In this document: one piece after another, positions 1-9,334 of the stretch
How positions within the stretch are numbered: position 1 is the stretch's first letter
Layout: each line of letters begins with the position of its first letter
Origin: Sediminibacterium sp.
GTDB taxonomy: Bacteria; Bacteroidota; Bacteroidia; Chitinophagales; Chitinophagaceae
Direction of reading: 5' to 3'
Assembly (NCBI GenBank): GCA_041798205.1
Contig: JBHCAK010000013.1
Location: 13,647-77,646, forward strand
Length of the DNA stretch: 64,000 nucleotides
The notes under the pieces: model-generated
What the model was told of the DNA's origin: nothing
What the model saw: only the letters and a program-made list of their open reading frames with translations
Databases searched by the model: none
Program-made: the position numbers and the translations under genes

Positions 1-541
1 AAAAAGCGCCTGCGTCGCCGATAGTGCCCACTGATTTTCCTTTATAAGTGGCGCCGATGCTTTGACAGGCATCTTCAAGGAAAACAAGTTTGTGTTCTGC
101 GCATATTTTTTTCAGTGCATCGATATCGGCCATGCTACCGCACATATGTACAGGCATGATGCATTTTGTCTTTGGGGTAATGGCCGCTTTTACTGCATCG
201 GGATTGAGTGTGAGGGTTTCATCCACATCTGCCAGCACAGGTATGGCACCCACGCCAAGTACTGCTTCAAAACTGGCCACAAATGTGAATGTGGGCATGA
301 TCACTTCATCACCAACACCAATGTTCAATGCGGTCAGAGCTGTTGTAAGGGCTGTTGTACCACTGGAAGTAAGCTGCGCATATTTGGCACCAAATACTTT
401 GGTAATGGCTTCTTCCAGTTCCTTCGCTTTCCAGATCCCTTTACGGGGTCCGTCGAAACCATAACGCATCAGTATACCGGTTTCCAATACATCATTGATC
501 TCTTTTCTTTCTTCGTCGCCAAAAAATTCGTATCCGGGCAT
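1..541 (-). CDS. DegT/DnrJ/EryC1/StrS PLP aminotransferase, KdnA-like (runs off the left edge)
   Basis: Not in the ORF track. Manual minus-strand translation from ATG at 541: MPGYEFFGDEERKEINDVLETGILMRYGFDG...SSGTTAL...GDEVIMPTFTFVASFEAV...PVHMCGSMAD...LEDACQSIG, open to the window edge. Confidence 0.9.
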   Translation of the reverse strand, partial: MPGYEFFGDEERKEINDVLETGILMRYGFDGPRKGIWKAKELEEAITKVFGAKYAQLTSSGTTALTTALTALNIGVGDEVIMPTFTFVASFEAVLGVGAIPVLADVDETLTLNPDAVKAAITPKTKCIMPVHMCGSMADIDALKKICAEHKLVFLEDACQSIGATYKGKSVGTIGDAGAF

Positions 542-606
542 ATCAATTTCAATTAAAAGTTAGGGATGGGAGTTAGAATTCACCTGCATTCAAACCCGCC
601 GGGCCA

Positions 607-614
607 CAAAGGTA
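607..614 (-). promoter_or_regulatory. Bacteroidota sigma70 -7 element (TACCTTTG) for the aminotransferase gene
   Basis: Exact TAnnTTTG match on the minus strand upstream of ATG 541; back-to-back with the + strand element at 632-639. Confidence 0.6.
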
Positions 615-631
615 GAGAAACTTAAGTAGAC

Positions 632-639
632 TATCTTTG
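632..639 (+). promoter_or_regulatory. Bacteroidota sigma70 -7 element (TATCTTTG) for the DsbA-family gene
   Basis: Exact TAnnTTTG match 4 nt before ATG 644. Confidence 0.65.
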
Positions 640-643
640 CAGT

Positions 644-1303
644 ATGGAACCTTCGTTGATTTACTGTTATGATGCTTACTGTGGTTGGTGTTACGGGTTC
701 AGTCCGGTGATGAAACAAATTGCAATCCATTATCCGCAAATACCCATTGAAGTTTTATCCGGCGGTATGATCCTCCCCAAAGAACCTGTTCATATTGGCG
801 CCACAGCCGGGTATATCCGGCAGGCGTATAAAACTGTTGAGGATTATACCGGTATCCGGTTCGGAAATGACTACCTGTGGCATGTCAATCATCCCGACCT
901 GAGCGACTGGTATCCCAATTCTGAAAAACCTGCCATTGCCCTGTGCATTTTCAAGACTTTTTTGCCTCACCGGCAACTGGAATTTGCAGCCGATCTCCAA
1001 TACGCGCTGCATTATGAAGGCCGCGATCTTACCGATGATGAAGCATACAGGCACCTGTTGGAAAAATATGGGATCGACGGAAAGATATTTTACAACAAAC
1101 TCAAAAGCGAGGAATACAAAGTGCAGGCACATTATGAATTTTCGCTGGTGAAGCAATTGCAGGTAACCGGTTTCCCCTGCCTGTTATTACAGGAGTCGGA
1201 CAGTAAATTCCATTTACTGGCAAGGGGTTATACAGATTACGAAACGCTTCAAACCAGGCTGGATTCAGCCTTGAAAGAGATCGTATTCACACGCAGCAAA
1301 TAA
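644..1303 (+). CDS. DsbA/FrnE-like thioredoxin-fold protein (cytoplasmic)
   Basis: N-terminal YDAYCGWCYGF (CxxC), cis-Pro motif GFP near the C-terminus, no signal peptide. Confidence 0.85.
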   Translation: MEPSLIYCYDAYCGWCYGFSPVMKQIAIHYPQIPIEVLSGGMILPKEPVHIGATAGYIRQAYKTVEDYTGIRFGNDYLWHVNHPDLSDWYPNSEKPAIALCIFKTFLPHRQLEFAADLQYALHYEGRDLTDDEAYRHLLEKYGIDGKIFYNKLKSEEYKVQAHYEFSLVKQLQVTGFPCLLLQESDSKFHLLARGYTDYETLQTRLDSALKEIVFTRSK

Positions 1304-1861
1304 TCAGAACAACATCTCCTGTGGAGGCTTTACTCCCTGCATGCGGATGTAGATGGTGCATTGCCCGCGATGGTGTGTCTGGTGCTCGAAAGCCTTCTGA
1401 AGCATGGCGTACCTGGTTGCAGGGAAATTGAATATCTTCACTGTTTCCCAGAGTTTCGACATATCCATGTTTTTGATGTTATTGATAGCATAATCATAAC
1501 TCTTATTCACATAATAGTATACAGAATCCTTGCTTTGAGCGGTTTTTGATTTTTCCAGTCCAAACAGAACAGGAGGAGGGTACAACATGGGAGTACCGAT
1601 TGCTGTTGCTGTAAGACCTATGTTGGCAGTAGCCAGGTGCAGCATTTGTTCAGCAAAACTTCGGATACTATCGTTCGGCCTTTTGTCATATTTATCTGCC
1701 GGCATAACAGCCAGGTAAGCATTGGTATATGTTTTGGCCCTTTCCCAGTCGCGTACCAGTTGTGCCCGTACACTGTCGGCCGGAAGGTCCTGTGCGCAGA
1801 CAGGTTGAACAGTTGCTGCAAGCAGCAACAGCAGAGAAAAACAAATCAAAAGCTTTTTCAT
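1304..1861 (-). CDS. DinB-family protein with signal peptide
   Basis: Sec-type signal MKKLLICFSLLLLLAATVQPVCA; DinB His motifs EQMLHLA and FEHQTHHRGQ. Confidence 0.85.
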   Translation of the reverse strand: MKKLLICFSLLLLLAATVQPVCAQDLPADSVRAQLVRDWERAKTYTNAYLAVMPADKYDKRPNDSIRSFAEQMLHLATANIGLTATAIGTPMLYPPPVLFGLEKSKTAQSKDSVYYYVNKSYDYAINNIKNMDMSKLWETVKIFNFPATRYAMLQKAFEHQTHHRGQCTIYIRMQGVKPPQEMLF

Positions 1862-1977
1862 GTTATCGGTTTTAGTAGAAGAATAAAAGTAGCGAATCGG
1901 TTTTTTAATTCAAAACCGTTCAACTAGTTATTTACCCGATTTTCCCCTTACTTTGCACCTCTTAACATTAAGTTTAT

Positions 1978-2391
1978 ATGGAGTACAGCAAATTGATTTC
2001 GGTAACCGGTATAGCCGGTTTATTTGAGCTGGTTGGCAGTAAAACCGATGGCGCCATCGTGCGCTCTCTCGACGATAAAAGCACCAAATTCGTAAGCAGC
2101 CGGGTACATAATTTTTCTCACCTGGAAAGTATTGAAGTCTACACCGTTCGTGAAAATGCAAACCTGGTCGAGGTATTCCAGGCCATGAGCAAAAGCAAGG
2201 AAAAACTGCCTTCTGAAAACGATGCCAAAGCTGTAAAAGCTTATTTTCAAAAAGTTTACCCGGATATGGACTTCGATCGTGTGTACGCAAGTGACATGAA
2301 GAAAATGATCAAATGGTTCCATATACTAAAAGCCAACCAGGTAGAATTGAAGTTGAGCGAAGAGGATGAAGGAACACCTGCAGAAGCCTGA
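1978..2391 (+). CDS. conserved Bacteroidota protein (DUF5606-like)
   Basis: ISVTGIAGLFEL, SHLESIEVYT and DFDRVYASDMKKMIKW patterns typical of this family; acidic tail. Confidence 0.75.
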   Translation: MEYSKLISVTGIAGLFELVGSKTDGAIVRSLDDKSTKFVSSRVHNFSHLESIEVYTVRENANLVEVFQAMSKSKEKLPSENDAKAVKAYFQKVYPDMDFDRVYASDMKKMIKWFHILKANQVELKLSEEDEGTPAEA

Positions 2392-2471
2392 TTAAAATCA
2401 ACGCAGCCTCCTTCACAAAAACGCAAAATCACGCAGGCCTTTCCTTATCTTGTGGCTTCGAAGCCACCATT

Positions 2472-5366
2472 ATGAAGAAATTTGTCTTATCTGCGCTGAT
2501 CCTCATCGGGAGCCTGTCGGTTTTTGCCCAGTCATTTTATGAAAAAACCCCGGCAGCCGAACGCTGGGTAAAAAAGAAGTTCCGAAAATTATCGAAAGAC
2601 CAGCGTATTGCGCAATTGATGATCATCAGGGCGCATAGTAATCTTGGCCCGGAGCATGTGGCGCAGGTAACAGAGCTGATCAAAAAATACAATGTAGGCG
2701 GACTCTGTTTTTTCCAGGGGGGACCGGTACGTCAGGCCCTTCTTACCAATTATTACCAGTCCATTACCAAAACACCCCTGGTGATCGCAATCGATGGCGA
2801 ATGGGGATTGGGCATGCGGCTCGACAGTGTGATCAGTTTCCCACGCCAGCTGATGATGGGAGCAATGGCCGATGCATCACTTATTTATAGGTTTGGCAAA
2901 GCAGTGGGAGAACAATGCAGGCGCCTGGGCATCCAGGTGAACTATGCGCCGGATGTTGATATCAATAACAACCCTATGAATCCCGTGATCAATGAAAGGA
3001 GTTTTGGTGAGGACAAGTACAAGGTGGCCGCTTATGGTGTACAATATATGAAGGGTATGCAGGACGCAGGAATAATGGCATGCGCCAAACATTTTCCGGG
3101 CCATGGAGATGTGGCGGTTGATTCGCACAAAGACCTGCCTGTCATCAACAAAACACGTGCTCAGCTGGATGAGCTGGAACTCTATCCTTTCCGCGAACTG
3201 ATAAAAGCTGGAGTGGGCAGTATGATGATTGCACATTTGTCCATTCCTTCCATCGATACTACTTCCAATTTACCTACTTCCCTTTCGGTAAAAAACGTAA
3301 CGGGACTCCTGCGCAATGAATTGGGTTACCAGGGTATTTCATTTACTGATGCGCTGGAAATGCAGGGTGTTGCCAAATTCTTTCCAAAAGGAGATGCTTC
3401 GGTAATGTCATTGATCGCAGGTAATGATATGCTTTGCCTGCCCGGCGATATTCCAGGCAGTATTGCCAAAGTAAAAGAAGCCATCAAGGCAGGAAAACTA
3501 AACTGGGAATCTATTAATGAAAGAGTGAAGAAAGTGCTACTGGCAAAATATCACCTCGGACTGAATAAGCCATCCTTTATTGACACCAGCAACATCGTTA
3601 ACGACCTCAATGCACAAACCAGTCAGCTCAAACAATTGATAGCTGCCAACGCGCTTACTTTGCTGCGCAGGGATAATCCGGGATTATTGCCCTTACAGGC
3701 AGGCAAAGTTGCTTATGTTGGCATCGGTATTTCGAGGCCTAATGTATTTGCCGGCAGGCTGAAGCAGGACTTTAGCGCTGACCTTTTTTTCTTTGATGAA
3801 AAAAATAACAACGCGGCCGGCATCCTTCAGCAATTGCACGGTTATGATGCAATTGTAATGGGATTGCACAACTATAGCCGCGTACCGGCCAACGACTTTG
3901 GCCTGAGCACAGTTACCAGGGATTTCATCAACCAATTACAACAACCCAATACCATTAGTTTTGTATTCGGGAATCCCTATGCAATAAAATATATTGCCGA
4001 TCCAAAAAACCTGGTGGCCTGTTATGAGAACGACGATATTACCCAGGAAGCTGCGGCCAACCTGCTGCGGGGCAAAATAAAAGCCACAGGAAAATTGCCT
4101 GTAACGGTGAGTGGCCAGTTGAAATTTGGCGATGGTATTGTGTACAACAATTATTTTCCTGAAGCTAATCCCGAATCCGTAGGAATACAGCGTGTGGCGC
4201 TTGAGGGGATTGACCATATTGCTGCCGATGCCATTGAAAAAGGCGCAGCCCCCGGTTGCGTGGTGCTTGTGGCGAAAGACGGTAAGCTGGTATACCACAA
4301 GGCTTTCGGTTATACCAGTTTCGACAGGATGGAGCCCATGCGCACAGATATGGTATTCGATCTCGCATCTGTTACGAAAGTATCAGCTACCACAGTATCC
4401 ATTATGAAATTGCTTGAGGAGGGGAAAATAAGCCTGGATAAAACACTGGGAGATTATCTTCCCTGGGTAAATGGATCGGACAAAGCGCCGTTGAAACTCA
4501 AGGATGTTTTATTGCATCAGGCCGGGCTGGTTCCTTTCATTTCTTTTTACCGTGAACTGATCGATACCGTTACGGGCAAACCCCTGCCACAATATTTCAG
4601 CGATTCAAAAAATATACAACACCAATACCGCGTCGCAGAGAACCTTTATTTGCGCAACGACTGGGAAGATACCCTTTACAAACGCATATTGCAGAGTAAA
4701 TTGGGCGCTCAGGATAAATATGTGTATAGCGACAATGATTTTATTTTCCTGGGTAAGGTTGTGGAAGCCGCCAGTGGTAAAGCACTGGATGAATATGCAA
4801 GAAACGTTTTCTATGAACCCCTCCACATGACCAGCGCTACTTTCAAACCAAGAGAGCGAATGCCATTGCAAAATATTGTACCAACAGAAGACGAAAAACA
4901 TTTCCGCATGCAATTGATCCGCGGAGACGTGCACGATGAAGGAGCTGCATTGTTTGGAGGGGTAGCGGGTCATGCCGGTTTATTTAGTAATGCTTATGAC
5001 CTGGCACAGTTATACCAGATGTTACTGAACGGAGGTGAGCTCAACGGCATCCGTTTCTTTCAAAAAACAACAGTGGATCAATTTACTGCTTATAATAGTC
5101 CGGTTAGCCGGAGGGGACTGGGATTCGACAAACCCGAGAAAGACAATGCCGCACGTAAAGACCCCTATCCTTCGGCCAGCGTGTCGCCGGAAACATTCGG
5201 ACATACCGGTTTTACGGGTACTTGTGTTTGGGTGGATCCGAAATATAAACTGGTATATATTTTCCTGTCAAACCGTGTAAATCCAACCCGCAACAACAAC
5301 AAACTGAGCCAGTTGAATGTACGTTCAAATATCCAGGAAGCCATTTATAAAGCAATCATACGATAA
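2472..5366 (+). CDS. GH3 beta-N-acetylglucosaminidase fused to a C-terminal serine hydrolase (beta-lactamase/AmpC fold)
   Basis: Signal peptide; GH3 motifs AIDGEWG, KHFPGHG, FTDAL; C-terminal ASVTK (SxxK), YSD, HTGFTG. Confidence 0.9.
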   Translation: MKKFVLSALILIGSLSVFAQSFYEKTPAAERWVKKKFRKLSKDQRIAQLMIIRAHSNLGPEHVAQVTELIKKYNVGGLCFFQGGPVRQALLTNYYQSITKTPLVIAIDGEWGLGMRLDSVISFPRQLMMGAMADASLIYRFGKAVGEQCRRLGIQVNYAPDVDINNNPMNPVINERSFGEDKYKVAAYGVQYMKGMQDAGIMACAKHFPGHGDVAVDSHKDLPVINKTRAQLDELELYPFRELIKAGVGSMMIAHLSIPSIDTTSNLPTSLSVKNVTGLLRNELGYQGISFTDALEMQGVAKFFPKGDASVMSLIAGNDMLCLPGDIPGSIAKVKEAIKAGKLNWESINERVKKVLLAKYHLGLNKPSFIDTSNIVNDLNAQTSQLKQLIAANALTLLRRDNPGLLPLQAGKVAYVGIGISRPNVFAGRLKQDFSADLFFFDEKNNNAAGILQQLHGYDAIVMGLHNYSRVPANDFGLSTVTRDFINQLQQPNTISFVFGNPYAIKYIADPKNLVACYENDDITQEAAANLLRGKIKATGKLPVTVSGQLKFGDGIVYNNYFPEANPESVGIQRVALEGIDHIAADAIEKGAAPGCVVLVAKDGKLVYHKAFGYTSFDRMEPMRTDMVFDLASVTKVSATTVSIMKLLEEGKISLDKTLGDYLPWVNGSDKAPLKLKDVLLHQAGLVPFISFYRELIDTVTGKPLPQYFSDSKNIQHQYRVAENLYLRNDWEDTLYKRILQSKLGAQDKYVYSDNDFIFLGKVVEAASGKALDEYARNVFYEPLHMTSATFKPRERMPLQNIVPTEDEKHFRMQLIRGDVHDEGAALFGGVAGHAGLFSNAYDLAQLYQMLLNGGELNGIRFFQKTTVDQFTAYNSPVSRRGLGFDKPEKDNAARKDPYPSASVSPETFGHTGFTGTCVWVDPKYKLVYIFLSNRVNPTRNNNKLSQLNVRSNIQEAIYKAIIR

Positions 5367-5405
5367 GCAGTAACAAATGCTAACTTCGTATATACCAAAC
5401 CCTTA

Positions 5406-7148
5406 ATGTCAATATATATGAAGCCGCTCTTACGTTCTGCCATAGCTTTTGTATTGCTGGTGGCCCTCCTTGCTTCCTGCAAGCATCCTGTCCCCAAACA
5501 GGCCAAACTGATTCCGAAAACCGCATCGGTTGTTTTGGTATTGGATATCCAGGCCATGCAGGATAAGTTGCAGAAAGGAGGCATCAGTACCGACTCCCTG
5601 TTTGCTAAATTCTTTCGAAGTAACCTGGACGATTCGATCCATAAAGCAACACTGAATGATTTGCGCAACAATGCCGGCATTAACTGGAACGGCCAGCTTT
5701 ATTGTTTTACCGCGAATAAAAGCAGTGGCAAGGTTGGTGAAATGATCACTGTATTCAATGTATTGGGCAACCTGAGCGATCCGGCCAAATGGGAAGCTTT
5801 TCTGAAAAAGCAGGGTGAGCTGAAAGACAAGGAAATAAAAAAAGAGAATGGCTATTCTTATATATTACCTGAAAGCGGAACCATGGTATCCTGGAATGAT
5901 CATTATGTAATGGCCACTATTTACAACAGGAATATAAAACCCGTTTATGATTCGATAACGGGTAGTTTTAGAATGCCGGAAACAGGTAATAATACAGAGA
6001 GCCTGAAAGCAGAAGTGAGCAGTTATTATGCACTGAAAGAAGATGAGTCACTGGCAAGTGTAAACCTGTTCACCAACCTCTTCAGGGAAAAGGCAGACGG
6101 ATATGCTTTCACCAGCTCTAACAGCTACCTGGGCATGCTCAATATGATGCCGATACAATTACCAAAACTGGAAGAATTTGTGAAAGACAATTATTCTGCT
6201 TCCACACTCACATTTGAAGACGGGAAAATACTCGCCAAAACAACCAACTATCCCAACGAACTACTGAGTGCTTTGTGTAAACAATACCCCAGTCCCTCAG
6301 TGAACCTCTCTCTGGTAGATCACTTCCCCACACAGCATATCAACGGTTTCCTGCTTTTTGCTTTCAATCCCGAGATCATCAGTGGTTTACTGAAGCAGAT
6401 GGAAGTGGAAGGCATGGCTAACAACCTGCTTCAGAAATCGGGCCTTAGTACGGAAGATTTCTATAAAGCCATGAAAGGCGATATTGCTGTTATTGTGTCG
6501 GATATTGGTATGAAACAACCAGAGCCCCAAAACAAGACTGATGAGTTGAGCATGACGCGCAGTAAACCTTCGTATAAAATGATCGTGAACATTCCCGTAG
6601 GTGATAAGAACAGTTTTTTCAAACTGATGGACCAGGCAACACAACACGGAGTCGTAAACAGACAGGGTAATATATTCAAAGGCAGCGGGTTATTGTCTAT
6701 GTTCGGTTTATACCTGCAGGGCGATGAAAAGAACCTGGTACTGGCAAGCGATTCCCTTACTTATACCCAATATATTGCCGGTTTGGAAAAAGCTGCCATA
6801 CAGCCGGACATACTGAACAGATTCAAAGACAAAACCGGCGTATGTTATTTCGACATTGCACAAACCATCGGCAGCTTGTCTGCCGGTGATACTGCTTCCA
6901 GCTACCGGCAATCCATGACAACTGCAAGAGAAACTTTCAAAGACCTGATTGTTACCTCCGATAAATTCGACGGAAAATCATCACGTGCTATTTTTGAAGT
7001 GCGCATGCAGGATGAAAAGCAGAACAGCCTGGTAACCCTTACCAGTCTGCTGACTGATGTGGCAGTTGATATGCGTAAACAAGCCAGGAAAGAAAAAGCC
7101 CTGGATATTTTCCCCGGGGGAATGCCTGCGATCATCCGCACCAATTGA
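5406..7148 (+). CDS. DUF4836-like lipoprotein (start may be 5418)
   Basis: Lipobox LLASC after a hydrophobic stretch; IPKTASVVLVLD N-terminal pattern; first gene of an apparent three-gene unit. Confidence 0.7.
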   Translation: MSIYMKPLLRSAIAFVLLVALLASCKHPVPKQAKLIPKTASVVLVLDIQAMQDKLQKGGISTDSLFAKFFRSNLDDSIHKATLNDLRNNAGINWNGQLYCFTANKSSGKVGEMITVFNVLGNLSDPAKWEAFLKKQGELKDKEIKKENGYSYILPESGTMVSWNDHYVMATIYNRNIKPVYDSITGSFRMPETGNNTESLKAEVSSYYALKEDESLASVNLFTNLFREKADGYAFTSSNSYLGMLNMMPIQLPKLEEFVKDNYSASTLTFEDGKILAKTTNYPNELLSALCKQYPSPSVNLSLVDHFPTQHINGFLLFAFNPEIISGLLKQMEVEGMANNLLQKSGLSTEDFYKAMKGDIAVIVSDIGMKQPEPQNKTDELSMTRSKPSYKMIVNIPVGDKNSFFKLMDQATQHGVVNRQGNIFKGSGLLSMFGLYLQGDEKNLVLASDSLTYTQYIAGLEKAAIQPDILNRFKDKTGVCYFDIAQTIGSLSAGDTASSYRQSMTTARETFKDLIVTSDKFDGKSSRAIFEVRMQDEKQNSLVTLTSLLTDVAVDMRKQARKEKALDIFPGGMPAIIRTN

Positions 7149-7166
7149 TCTTTTCGGAACGCATAA

Positions 7167-7826
7167 ATGATAGCTATGGATATTGTATTGCAGCAGGTTA
7201 TTCCACTACCGTTAAAAGATAAATTGGTACAGAAACCGTCAGATGTATGGAATACCATCCGCACTTTCAAAGAAGGACAATGGATTAAGATAAAGGCTCC
7301 GAGTGGTACAGGCAAAACAACACTTGTGCATACCTTGTACAAGTTGAGGCACGATTACGAGGGCAGTGTATTATGGGGTGATCATCTGCTGACTGATGTT
7401 GAAGCAGCAGAACTGGCTTTTTTGCGCCAGCAAAAAATCAGCATTGTTTTCCAGGACCTGCGTCTATTCCCTCACCTCACCGCGTGGGAGAATATAGAGC
7501 TCAAAAGGGTTCTGCCCTCGCCCCTTTATTACGAAGCTGAAATGATCGATGTTATGGCAGCTGAACTGGGGGTGACAAATATACTTCACCAACGGGCAGG
7601 CCTGTGCAGTTATGGAGAGCAGCAACGCATAGCCATCATTCGCGCACTCATGCAACCTTTTGAATGGCTGATCATGGATGAACCTTTCAGTCACCTTGAC
7701 AAAGCCAACACTGCCAGGGCCGCTGCATTGATTGCGCACGAATGCAGCAAAAGAAAGGCCGGTTTTATTATAACTGATCTCGATGAAGATGCACATTTTA
7801 CCTATTCAGCTGAACTTAGTTTATAA
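7167..7826 (+). CDS. ABC transporter ATP-binding protein
   Basis: Walker A APSGTGKT, Q-loop IVFQ, signature CSYGEQQR, Walker B LIMDEPFSHLD. Confidence 0.92.
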   Translation: MIAMDIVLQQVIPLPLKDKLVQKPSDVWNTIRTFKEGQWIKIKAPSGTGKTTLVHTLYKLRHDYEGSVLWGDHLLTDVEAAELAFLRQQKISIVFQDLRLFPHLTAWENIELKRVLPSPLYYEAEMIDVMAAELGVTNILHQRAGLCSYGEQQRIAIIRALMQPFEWLIMDEPFSHLDKANTARAAALIAHECSKRKAGFIITDLDEDAHFTYSAELSL

Positions 7827-7843
7827 CAGGTTAGCATACCATC

Positions 7844-9040
7844 ATGGATAAACTGAAAAAATTATTAACCAAACTTATTCATTCAAGCGCCGGCCGGTCA
7901 CGTTTTGTAATGGCCGTTCTTGGACTGTCGGTAGCCATGGTATTGATACTTGCAGCAGTTCAGATACAGGTCAACTATAATGATCTCCTGCACAGCAAGA
8001 ATAACCAGGATAGTATTGCCAATTTCCTGGTGGTCAATAAACGGCTTACCGATCGTAATATTGGCGCCACTTCACTCTCCGATGCTGAGATTAATAATTT
8101 AAAACAACAGGCTTTTGTTCAATCTGTCGGATTGCTGACACCCAGCAGGTTCAAAGCATCTATTCAAAGCAATAGTGACCGGTTCCCTTTTTATACTGAT
8201 ATCGCATTTGAAAGTGTGCCCAATGAATTCATTGATGTAACCAGTAAAGACTGGCATTGGGAGGAAGGGTCTCAGTTTGTGCCGGTTATTGTACCCAATA
8301 TGTTCCTGGACTTTTACAATTTTCAGTTTTCATTTTCCCAAAGTCTTCCCCAGCTTACCCAACAGGTGGTAAAAATGATCATTTTCAAGATCAATCTTTA
8401 TGGTCCGGGTGGTATCACCAGTTTCCAGGGAAGGGTGGTGGGCTTCAGCGACCGGGTATCTTCCCTGCTGATACCACAGGAGTTCATGGATTGGGCTAAC
8501 CGCAATATGTCCGGCGGCGTACAGGTCAAACCGTCAAGGGTTATTATCAGGACTGCTGATCCGGGTAATCCTGCCCTGGTTGAGTTCCTCAAGAAAAACG
8601 GGCTGGGCACCGATGCCGATAAAACCCGTTTCAGCCGGTACCGGCAGGTAGTAGACCTGGTAGTGAATATTTCAGGTATAACTGGATTCGTGCTATTGTT
8701 ATTCGCCCTGCTTGTTTTTACCCTTTTTATTCAGCTTACCATTGCTTCCTGCAGTCGGGAAATCATATTGCTGATTACACTTGGGGCTGCTCCCAGGCAG
8801 TTGGAACGTTTTTTGATGAGTCGCTTCTTTCCGCCCAATGTATGGATAATAATGGGGTCTATTTTATTATTAACTGTTTTTCAATATATTACGTATAAAT
8901 TCCTTGAAAAACAGCACATATTTATCCATCCCTGGCCCTCTGTCTATACAATCCTTGCTGCGATTGTTTTACTGGTGGTAATAGGCTTGGTAAATCGTTT
9001 CAGTATCAGAAAACACATTAACAAAACAGGTTTTGAATAG
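7844..9040 (+). CDS. FtsX/MacB-like ABC permease
   Basis: One N-terminal TM, a large periplasmic domain, then three C-terminal TMs; directly follows the ATPase. Confidence 0.75.
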   Translation: MDKLKKLLTKLIHSSAGRSRFVMAVLGLSVAMVLILAAVQIQVNYNDLLHSKNNQDSIANFLVVNKRLTDRNIGATSLSDAEINNLKQQAFVQSVGLLTPSRFKASIQSNSDRFPFYTDIAFESVPNEFIDVTSKDWHWEEGSQFVPVIVPNMFLDFYNFQFSFSQSLPQLTQQVVKMIIFKINLYGPGGITSFQGRVVGFSDRVSSLLIPQEFMDWANRNMSGGVQVKPSRVIIRTADPGNPALVEFLKKNGLGTDADKTRFSRYRQVVDLVVNISGITGFVLLLFALLVFTLFIQLTIASCSREIILLITLGAAPRQLERFLMSRFFPPNVWIIMGSILLLTVFQYITYKFLEKQHIFIHPWPSVYTILAAIVLLVVIGLVNRFSIRKHINKTGFE

Positions 9041-9088
9041 AGTAGTCGGGTCAATTTTTCCACATTTTGGGGATAAAACTGCGGAAAA

Positions 9089-9107
9089 CACGGTATAAAA
9101 AACCGTG
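9089..9107. promoter_or_regulatory. 6-7-6 inverted repeat CACGGT-ATAAAAA-ACCGTG, candidate operator
   Basis: Perfect 6-bp arms in the intergenic region upstream of the lipoprotein/TCS cassette. Confidence 0.4.
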
Positions 9108-9334
9108 AAAAAACGTTAAAAATTCAGTGTTTTTATTTCACCCGGTTCCTTATTTCTTCCGAGTTTTGTAAAGACCGTAAATACACCTTGTAGGTTTTGA
9201 GCGTCTGTTTAGTCGTATTTCCGAAAAATCACTTATCTATTTTAACCAATACCTGTTGTTTAACCAGATAGGCACTATATTTTTAAATTTTAAAATTATC
9301 CTTGACATAACCGAAACCTAAAAATTTACTTTAG

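Noticed and set aside
62-556. + strand ORFs of 164 and 124 aa at the window start, and many similar ORFs elsewhere (e.g. 14491-15624, 26813-27631, 27641-28396, 43862-44518, 53205-53906)
   Set aside because: They are antisense or alternative-frame shadows of well-supported genes and show no family motifs.
4150-5366. Beta-lactamase-fold domain of the GH3 fusion as a resistance gene
   Set aside because: Fusion to NagZ and the AmiE precedent favour a muropeptide amidase.
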